Positions 57,366-64,000 of a stretch of 64,000 nt of DNA are shown piece by piece. Position 1 is the first letter of the stretch. Every line of letters starts with the position of its first letter. The notes beneath the pieces were generated by a model, which saw only the letters and a program-made list of their open reading frames with translations, was not told the DNA's origin and searched no databases. Source of the DNA: an uncultured bacterium. Its GTDB lineage: Bacteria; Babelota; Babeliae; Babelales; JABCYS01. The DNA lies in contig CAVPKK010000009.1 of assembly GCA_963705705.1 (NCBI GenBank), positions 1,740 to 65,739 of the forward strand, written 5' to 3'. A program made the position numbers and the translations under genes.

Positions 57366-58533
57366 GCAATCTCAACTAGTGCAAAAAAAGTTTGGTATTT
57401 TCACAGCGACTCTCATTGGCATGAACGCCATGATTGGAGCTGGTATTTTTACTTCTCCAGCAAAATTAGCAACTGCCGTCGGACCAGCCGCATTGCTGAC
57501 ATATCTTTTTGTAATCGTTGCCGTGTGGTGCATGGCACAGTCATTCGGCCGATTAGGTGAGCTATTTCCAGGTGTTGGATCCTTTTGGCAATTCACGCGC
57601 CCATGGGCTGGCGATTTTGTTGGCAAGCTTGTTACATGGTCATATATTATTGGTTTAGCGGTAGCGATGGGTTTCTTAACTGAACGTGCTGGTATCTATC
57701 TGCAAGAATATTTTCCTACCATTGCAAATACCTATTTATCGTTCATGGTGCTATTGGCAATCATGATCCTGCAATTTATTGGTGGCAAAGCAATCGCAGT
57801 GTCGCAATACATTTCGATTTGCTGCACCATTTTCCCTCTGATCACAATCGTTGGCTTGTGCATTACAAAGGCGTCGTGGCACAATCTCATTCCATTCGCT
57901 CCGTTTGGTTATGCTGCGGCAATCAGAGAAATTCCTGCAGTCATTTTTGGATTTATGGGATTTGAAACAATCACAACACTCTATGCTGTTGTAGAGGATC
58001 CGAAAAAAACATTGCCGCGCGCATTAAATTATGCAGTTCTTGCCGTTGGCACGATCTATCTAATCTTTATCGGCACCATTTTTGCCACAATCCCTGCAGA
58101 ATTATTTGCAAATGCCAGTGTGCCATTGTCACAACCGTTCAAGCAACTATTTCCTGAGTACCATTGGCTCGTCAATTTGATTCATGCTTCGATGACCATT
58201 GCGTTTATAAGTGTGATTAATGCGGTATCGTATGCGATGAGTCAACTTATACTGCCATTGCGCCCGTTTGGTCTTTCACGCATTAAAGATTATGCGCGAC
58301 TAACTTCGATTATTGATGTACTTCTTTTGATCTATTTAGCATTTCGATTACTCAAAACGCCCGATCTATTCTTTGCAGTCGCATCTATGCTACTTATGAT
58401 TCCATTTTTAACTTCATTTATTACTCTGCTAACCTTGCCACGTGAACGAACCGTGGTAACCTACATAACATGTGCAACGACTGTAATTGTTTTTTGTTCC
58501 GCGGTATATAATGTCGCACAGCAGTTGCTCTAA
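57364..58533 (+). CDS. amino acid permease (APC superfamily)
   Basis: 'LIGMNAMIGAGIFTSPAKLA' consensus in TM1 and about 11-12 TM helices. Confidence 0.8.
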   Translation: MQSQLVQKKFGIFTATLIGMNAMIGAGIFTSPAKLATAVGPAALLTYLFVIVAVWCMAQSFGRLGELFPGVGSFWQFTRPWAGDFVGKLVTWSYIIGLAVAMGFLTERAGIYLQEYFPTIANTYLSFMVLLAIMILQFIGGKAIAVSQYISICCTIFPLITIVGLCITKASWHNLIPFAPFGYAAAIREIPAVIFGFMGFETITTLYAVVEDPKKTLPRALNYAVLAVGTIYLIFIGTIFATIPAELFANASVPLSQPFKQLFPEYHWLVNLIHASMTIAFISVINAVSYAMSQLILPLRPFGLSRIKDYARLTSIIDVLLLIYLAFRLLKTPDLFFAVASMLLMIPFLTSFITLLTLPRERTVVTYITCATTVIVFCSAVYNVAQQLL

Positions 58534-58555
58534 AAATTTGAAAAAGGGTGTTCGA

Positions 58556-60031
58556 ATGCTTCAGTTCAAGGTAATGCGATACGCATTAGGGGTGTTAGTA
58601 ATCGGCTGTTTGTATCATGTCCCATTGAGCGGCATGGCATCATTCAATGCCTATGATCCACTTCCTTTATTCACTGCTTATGATCCTCATGAATTTTTAC
58701 AGACATCACAGATAGAGCGCAGGCTTGGCTATGAGCCAGAGATCAGAAGTGAGCGTATTAATTTAACCGTGTCTCCCTTTGGCCAATGGGCTAATTTTGC
58801 TGAAACGGAGCAGAAAGAGCATGTCCAACTCGGTGATATTCATGGAACATGGAATATGCTCGGCATGCTATACAATTCGCGCGATTGTGTAGTTCCATGT
58901 GCTCCAGACAATACGAGAGCGCAGAATCTGTACACAGAACTATTTAATATTCCCTATTGCCAAGCTCCATTCACTTTTGGCCAGGAATTAGCTTTATCAG
59001 ATACCTTTGTTCAAAGCACCATTGGTCCAAATTTCGGTCACATATCTGTACCATTACGTTATCGCAAAACTGGTGTACGCGGCGAATTTGCAATACGTGT
59101 ATTGGGTGACCTATGCATAAAGCTACAAGTTGGGTTTGCTGATATTCAGCAATTATTAACACCGGCCAAATATGTAGATCTTGCTCATACTGATACAGTC
59201 AATATTTATGGCTGTCCAATTACTCTTTGCGCGCCGGACAATACGGCTTGTTTTTATCAAAATGTGTCCAATTTGATGGCACATGTAACGGACGAGATTT
59301 CTGTACCACGAGTTACCCGATTGTTTGGCCTCGATGTCCATAATTTTAAAAAGGCAGGCATCGAAGATCTTAAGCTGTGGGCATATGTACGGCATGCCTT
59401 CGTATTTAATGAGGGTAGCTCGGGCGATCCAAATGATTGGCCACGATTCTTATTGACCCCTTTTGCGCAGGTCATCGGCTGTATTGGCGTGGCTGAATTT
59501 AAAGATATAAATAGGGCATTGGCCGTGGCGTTTAATAATGATGGGCATGATGCGATTGGCTTTAATACTGGCGTATGCCTCGACTTCCTTGATACTATTC
59601 AAGCAACGGTAGAAGGTGGCGGCAGTTTCTTCTCGCAAGAATGTCGTCAGCTACGGGTACCAACTGCTCATTTACAGCAGGGTATTTTCCCCTGTGTAGC
59701 CCAGGTTAATTACAAACCAGGTAATACGTGGCATCTAATCGGTACCCTTCTTGCCCGAAGATTTTTAGGGAAACTTTCAGCCTTCGTGCAATTTGCTCTC
59801 TTAAACCACGAAGAAGACGACTTTAAGATCAGACAGGGGCCCTGCCCGCCACGGTTCTATCCTGAAATTCTGCATAACCAATCCAAGTGGAGCATGTCAC
59901 TCTTTAATGCGGCCTTTTATTATGATATTTCCCCTAATATTACCCTTGGCGCCCTCTGGCAAGTACCACTCAAGCGCCGCAACACGCCAAAATGCAAGAC
60001 TCTTATTGGTTCTATAATCGCTAATTTCTAA
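58556..60031 (+). CDS. putative outer-membrane/secreted protein
   Basis: ATG 58556 behind AAGGGTG. Signal peptide 'MRYALGVLVIGCLYHVPLSGMA' and a C-terminal 'GSIIANF' (terminal Phe). No family recognised. Confidence 0.4.
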   Translation: MLQFKVMRYALGVLVIGCLYHVPLSGMASFNAYDPLPLFTAYDPHEFLQTSQIERRLGYEPEIRSERINLTVSPFGQWANFAETEQKEHVQLGDIHGTWNMLGMLYNSRDCVVPCAPDNTRAQNLYTELFNIPYCQAPFTFGQELALSDTFVQSTIGPNFGHISVPLRYRKTGVRGEFAIRVLGDLCIKLQVGFADIQQLLTPAKYVDLAHTDTVNIYGCPITLCAPDNTACFYQNVSNLMAHVTDEISVPRVTRLFGLDVHNFKKAGIEDLKLWAYVRHAFVFNEGSSGDPNDWPRFLLTPFAQVIGCIGVAEFKDINRALAVAFNNDGHDAIGFNTGVCLDFLDTIQATVEGGGSFFSQECRQLRVPTAHLQQGIFPCVAQVNYKPGNTWHLIGTLLARRFLGKLSAFVQFALLNHEEDDFKIRQGPCPPRFYPEILHNQSKWSMSLFNAAFYYDISPNITLGALWQVPLKRRNTPKCKTLIGSIIANF

Positions 60032-60077
60032 CCAGGGCCACAACCCCACGTGGTAATGTTCAAATAGGCAACTGCTT

Positions 60078-60145
60078 ACAAATATCAAACTCATCACCTC
60101 CTCGAGCTCAAAGGCTCTATGTCGTCGAGTGAGTTTGTATTTTGT
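60078..60145. repeat. AT-rich long palindromic element, copy 2
   Basis: Arms acaaatatcaaactcatcacc / gtcgagtgagtttgtattttgt with a 25-nt loop. The arms are near-identical to copy 1. It lies just downstream of 58556..60031. Confidence 0.55.
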
Positions 60146-60367
60146 CGCGCGGGGAACAGCATCACCCTAAGAAAACGTCTCGAGCAAATAACTTAACGGA
60201 GGCAGGAGGCGGTAGCCTCCTGATGAAGTGGGGAGGGGTTATAGGGGAGGGAACGGACCCTACGCTAGAATTATGGCCTGACTGCGGTTACTAACATTGT
60301 TATATTCACCTTGCCGCTCGCATCCTTTTACCCCAAACCGATCACCCTGAGTGTTTTGCGAAGCAAA

Positions 60368-60404
60368 ATGTATCGAAGGGCAGGCTCAGGACGAGCGGAT
60401 TCCC
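60368..60404 (+). repeat. GC-rich interspersed repeat copy
   Basis: atgtatcgaagggcaggctcaggacgagcggattccc, in the long rpsU upstream region. Confidence 0.7.
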
Positions 60405-60455
60405 AGCCAGAGACCGCACTCATGCTGACTGCCTACCTGCCCGTGGCTGCTAACC

Positions 60456-60477
60456 GGGTCCAGGGTTGCGACCCTGG
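60456..60477. repeat. GC-rich CAGGG-N4-6-CCCTG hairpin element
   Basis: gggtccagggttgcgaccctgg. Confidence 0.45.
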
Positions 60478-60559
60478 TTGCTATAAGTCACAAAACCGCC
60501 TAAAATTAGCAGCTCTTAATAGGTATAACCCTTTACAGTTAAGGATGGTTACGAACTTT

Positions 60560-60802
60560 ATGAATCGAAATAGAAAAGCCAACATCGTTATCCCAGTTCA
60601 TGACAATGTTGATCGTGCATTACGCCAACTGAAGAAGAAAATTGAACGCGAAGGCGTATCACGCGATATGAAGCGCTCGGTCTACTTTGAACCAGCATCA
60701 CAAAAGAAGCGCAAACGCCTTATCCGCGCTGTAAAACAAAATCTTCTGCGTATGGCAACACAAGGCCTTATCGATATCTCTAAGCACACCCTCCCATCGT
60801 AA
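60560..60802 (+). CDS. rpsU: 30S ribosomal protein S21
   Basis: 'NIVIPVHDNVDRALRQLKKKIEREGVSRDMKRSVYFEPASQKKRKR' matches the S21 pattern. The start is uncertain (ATG 60545 or 60560). The upstream part of the 163-aa ORF reads through GC-rich repeats and is not coding. Confidence 0.85.
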   Translation: MNRNRKANIVIPVHDNVDRALRQLKKKIEREGVSRDMKRSVYFEPASQKKRKRLIRAVKQNLLRMATQGLIDISKHTLPS

Positions 60803-60808
60803 TTCAAT

Positions 60809-61180
60809 ATGACATCACCCCGCAGCCAATATCGTTCGGTTCGCCAAGCACAAAAAGAGTCATTGCTCTATCGCGAGGTCGCCGAACTTTTCCGGCAACA
60901 TGCGCAAGATGAACCTGCCTTACAGGATTTGTATGTTACGCGGGTTGATCTTGCCCCTGATCTGAGCATGTGCATAGTTTTTTTCTTTTCCCCTAAGGGT
61001 GAGGAATATTTCAAACAACAGCTCAGACAACTTATTTTATATAAACCGTCTTTGCGTCGCGCTATAGCTCATAAAGTGGCTTTGCGCCGAACACCAGATT
61101 TTGTTTTCCGGTTTGATGAAACAGTAGAAAAGCAGCAGCGTCTCGAGTCATTATTTGAGAAGATCAAAAGCGATTCATGA
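60809..61180 (+). CDS. rbfA: ribosome-binding factor A
   Basis: RbfA-like 'RQAQKESLLYREVAELF...LYVTRVDLAPDLSMCIVFF...LRRTPDFVFRFDE'. Confidence 0.85.
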   Translation: MTSPRSQYRSVRQAQKESLLYREVAELFRQHAQDEPALQDLYVTRVDLAPDLSMCIVFFFSPKGEEYFKQQLRQLILYKPSLRRAIAHKVALRRTPDFVFRFDETVEKQQRLESLFEKIKSDS

Positions 61181-61923
61181 TTGCCATCTTCCTATTCTTT
61201 ATCTTTCTTTGCTGGGGCTCATTTCTGAATGTGGTTGGCTACCGCCTCATGCACCGAGTGCCGATGGATAAACGCTCGCATTGTCCGTCATGTGGCCATC
61301 AATTAGCTTGGTATGATCTTATTCCGATTGCTTCCTGGCTCTGGCTGCGTGGTCATTGCCGTACATGTCATGAACCGATTTCCATACTTTATCCATTTAT
61401 TGAGCTCTATACGGCGATTTTGCTCATTATTCTCTGGCACCTAAGTGACCCGCGTTTTTTTATCTCTTATTTTTGGCTCTTTTCCGCGCTGATTGTGGTT
61501 ACACGCACTGATCTAGAAAAAATGCTCATTTCTCGCGCCACCACCCTTTTCTTAATTCCCTTGGGAACATTTCTTGCCACGATTGGTCTTCTGCCAATGT
61601 CGCCCTGGGGTAGCCTATATGGCGCTGGCTTTGGCTATGGTGTTCTTTGGCTAGTTCGCACGCTCTTTTTTCTGGCCACGGGCAAAGAGGGCCTTGGATT
61701 GGGTGATGTAGAGTTGCTTGCAATGATCGGCGCTTTTGTTGGCATTATTGGCGCATGGTTTTCATTATTAGTTGGTTCGGTTCTCGGTAGCATTTTCGGG
61801 ATTGCGTATTTGCTTATTACCAAAAATCGTAAAATCCCATTCGGTCCATTTTTGGCCCTTGGCGCCATGGTTTATGTTTTAACACATCCTTTTCTTACAA
61901 CCTTTTTCTTTCAATATACGTAA
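61177..61923 (+). CDS. pilD: type IV prepilin peptidase (A24 family)
   Basis: 'CPSCGHQLAWYDLIPIASWLWLRGHCRTCHEPIS' zinc motif, 'GLGLGDVELLAMIGAFVG', and a polytopic architecture. Confidence 0.9.
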   Translation: MIAIFLFFIFLCWGSFLNVVGYRLMHRVPMDKRSHCPSCGHQLAWYDLIPIASWLWLRGHCRTCHEPISILYPFIELYTAILLIILWHLSDPRFFISYFWLFSALIVVTRTDLEKMLISRATTLFLIPLGTFLATIGLLPMSPWGSLYGAGFGYGVLWLVRTLFFLATGKEGLGLGDVELLAMIGAFVGIIGAWFSLLVGSVLGSIFGIAYLLITKNRKIPFGPFLALGAMVYVLTHPFLTTFFFQYT

Positions 61924-61979
61924 AATTGTTGACGCGAGATTATGCTCTGTGTTCTGCTATATAGAACATAGGAGTTTTC

Positions 61980-62465
61980 ATGATTAACATTAAACGAACG
62001 CGTAGAGAATCTGCTCGTGCCATATCCGGCTTTACCCTTTTCGAGCTTATGGTGGTTGTGGCCATCATTGCCTTTATATCCCTCATCGCCATACCAAATG
62101 TAATGCGATACCTAGCCAAATCGAAACGGGCAGAGGCCTACATCCATCTCGGATCTATTTATACTGCAGAAAAAATTTACTGGTCAGAACACGGAACATA
62201 CACCAATAAATTACGTGGCAAAGATGGTGCCGGTTGGTCGGCTGAAGGGACAACCCATTACACCTACGGCTTCCCTGGAACTGACGGAGAAAATTTTGTG
62301 ATGGGCAAACTCGGTGCCGGGCAAGATCAATTACAAAAAGGTTACGCTAATAAGAGCGGCTTCCTGGTACTCGCGGTTGCAGACATTGATGGCGATGGCA
62401 AATGCGACATTATCGGTATTAACGAAAAGCACGAGATTATTATTCTCGAGGATGATTTGGATTAG
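61980..62465 (+). CDS. type IV pilin-like protein
   Basis: Prepilin leader ending in Gly, followed by 'FTLFELMVVVAIIAFISLIAIPN' (Glu at +5). Confidence 0.85.
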   Translation: MINIKRTRRESARAISGFTLFELMVVVAIIAFISLIAIPNVMRYLAKSKRAEAYIHLGSIYTAEKIYWSEHGTYTNKLRGKDGAGWSAEGTTHYTYGFPGTDGENFVMGKLGAGQDQLQKGYANKSGFLVLAVADIDGDGKCDIIGINEKHEIIILEDDLD

Positions 62466-62510
62466 CAGGGCCCGCCCTGCCGAAGTCCGACATAGCCTTG
62501 GCGTCGGCGG
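62465..62510. repeat. GC-rich hairpin element between the convergent pilin and tsaC genes (possible terminator)
   Basis: gcagggcccgccctgc followed by cgaagtccgacatagccttggcgtcggcgg (stem ccgac/gtcgg). Confidence 0.45.
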
Positions 62511-62552
62511 AACCCGCTATGCAATCTTTCTCTTTGTAGGCAGAACTACTGA

Positions 62553-63140
62553 TCATTTGGTTCGATTTACTTCGTCTGCTGGTATAGCACCTGCGCGAAT
62601 AACTTTTACCTCTTTACCCGAACAATCAACAATCGTTGATGGCACAATGGGATAATGAGCCGCATCGTTATCTATTACCGCAGCAACCGATGCAAGAATT
62701 GACGGATCGATATCAGTTAATCGTTCAGGAACTGGTTGACCAGTGATATTAGCACTCGTTGAATACAATAGGCCCGTTTCAGCAAGTAACTTTAATAGAC
62801 CTGAATGATTAGGCACCCTCACTGCCAGTCCACTAGGCAATACAATCGTCAATGGTCCCGGCCAGAACTGTGCCATCAATCCTTTTGTAGTCTTTTCCAT
62901 TTGTGTGGATTTAAAGTCGCCTGCCATGCTCAAAGCTTTCTGATTGGAAACTGCCAAGATTAGATATGGTTTTTCATTTCTTTGTTTCACATGGTCAAGA
63001 GCTATTCGTCCTTGCTCATTCGCGATTGCTAACAATCCGAGCACTGTATCTGAGCTTCCTAAAACCACTTTATTCTGCCCAATTAGAGCTGCGATCAACG
63101 TAATATCGGAATCTGATTTCCAGCTCAATATGTCATCCAT
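62553..63140 (-). CDS. tsaC: L-threonylcarbamoyladenylate synthase (YrdC/TsaC)
   Basis: YrdC-domain blocks 'SSDTVLGLLA', 'RNEKPYLIL', 'WPGPLTIVLP' and 'LYSTSANITGQP'. I chose the ATG at 63140 behind AAAGGA; the longest ORF starts with TTG at 63161. Confidence 0.85.
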   Translation of the reverse strand: MDDILSWKSDSDITLIAALIGQNKVVLGSSDTVLGLLAIANEQGRIALDHVKQRNEKPYLILAVSNQKALSMAGDFKSTQMEKTTKGLMAQFWPGPLTIVLPSGLAVRVPNHSGLLKLLAETGLLYSTSANITGQPVPERLTDIDPSILASVAAVIDNDAAHYPIVPSTIVDCSGKEVKVIRAGAIPADEVNRTK

Positions 63141-63383
63141 ATAGATCCTTTTACTTTCCAAAACAATGGTTAAGCTAGGCTACATTCTAAATGAAATTAA
63201 ATTTGCGTTTGATATGCTGATGCAATTTCAAACCATACATGCTTAACTACTTCCAAGCTTATGCAAAGTATACGAGCTCAAGCAATCCCATGGAAGGAAA
63301 TGTTTATGTCCCACGGTGTTCTAATATAACGCCTACGGAAGTTAAATATTTATAAAAACTCTTTTAATTATGGGGTTAATAGA

Positions 63384-64000
63384 ATGTTACAGAATCAACA
63401 ACAGAATGCTACTAATAACGCAATGTCCAGTGGTATACCATGCTCATACCCGGATATTGTTACTTGGTTAGATAAAAATTGGTCCAAGGACGGATCGTTG
63501 GACCGGATAAAGGCGCTTGATGCAGCAGCCGGCTCACCATCAAAATCAATTAACGCAATTTTTGTTGCTGGAACTAATGGCAAGAGTTTAACCTTGTCAT
63601 TTGCCACACGATTGCTCCACGCTGAAGGCCTCAAAGTAGGTTCATTTTATAGCCCACACATAACATCGTATCAAGAGCGAATCGCAATTAATCGCGAAAC
63701 AATATCACAGAATTCATTTACCGATTTAGCCAATCAGTTATTAATGTCAGCCAACACGCATGCTATTCCAGTAACTAGTGGCGACTTATTAACTATGATT
63801 GCTTTGCTTTATTTTAAACAGCAAAACATAGATGTGGCTGTTCTTGAAGTCGGAGAACTCGGCATTCAGGATCCAGTAACCATCTGCAATCCAAAAATTC
63901 TTGCCATTACTCGCGTGACTGATAAGGCATGCGCACTACCATCTAATGGTAATAAGACAGATGATTCATCTGCAATTAATAATGACCTCGAATCGAAATG
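63384..64000 (+). CDS. folC: folylpolyglutamate synthase/dihydrofolate synthase, C-terminus beyond the right edge
   Basis: My own translation from ATG 63384 is open to the window end (not in the ORF track): '...AIFVAGTNGKSLTLSFATRLLHAEGLKVGSFYSPHITSYQERI', a Mur-ligase P-loop in FolC context. Confidence 0.8.
   Translation, partial: MLQNQQQNATNNAMSSGIPCSYPDIVTWLDKNWSKDGSLDRIKALDAAAGSPSKSINAIFVAGTNGKSLTLSFATRLLHAEGLKVGSFYSPHITSYQERIAINRETISQNSFTDLANQLLMSANTHAIPVTSGDLLTMIALLYFKQQNIDVAVLEVGELGIQDPVTICNPKILAITRVTDKACALPSNGNKTDDSSAINNDLESK

Noticed and set aside
60311-60559. N-terminal 80-aa extension of the rpsU ORF (163-aa ORF in the track)
   Set aside because: The extension is a translation of GC-rich repeats ('RRAGSGRADSQPE...'). 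S21 homology begins only near 60560.

Overview
AT-rich bacterial chromosomal window with diderm-type gene content (BamA, type IV pilin and prepilin peptidase, BatA/BatB). I found no rRNA, tRNA, CRISPR array, integrase or transposase. Housekeeping genes sit at both ends. On the left (1-10 kb) are batB/batA, plsC, topA, a heparinase II/III-like gene and metG. On the right (47-64 kb) are potABCD, a His-rich membrane protein, bamA, gltX, an APC permease, rpsU, rbfA, pilD, a type IV pilin, tsaC and folC. Between them lie about 37 kb of lineage-specific genes, most with signal peptides. (i) 10-28 kb holds two divergent copies of a large membrane-anchored protein ending in a PD-(D/E)xK nuclease-like domain. 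Each is tightly coupled to a small paralogous downstream gene, a toxin/immunity-like layout. Copy 1 sits in an operon behind a signal-peptide protein with four tandem AAA+ modules, and a degenerate secreted AAA+ paralog lies nearby. Copy 2 is bracketed by paralogous secreted proteins. (ii) 28-47 kb is a minus-strand surface-protein island. It contains a 1444-aa solenoid-like protein, a putative outer-membrane barrel, a ~1500-aa protein with about 47 copies of an 18-aa 'FNGTF' repeat fused to a parallel beta-helix, five tandem beta-helix paralogs, and a single-pass membrane protein. Seven of these proteins share an extreme C-terminal N-[IVY]-[SE]-I motif. Four conserved or long ORFs (batA, potC, bamA, the single-pass membrane protein) are broken by single-nucleotide frameshifts, two of them clearly in homopolymers. 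Assembly error and real gene decay or phase variation cannot be told apart from sequence alone. A family of GC-rich short repeats, conspicuous in this AT-rich DNA, occurs in intergenic regions and also in frame inside metG and bamA. The gene content would fit a host-associated bacterium, but that is inference only. All functional calls for the island genes are motif-level inferences made without database searches.
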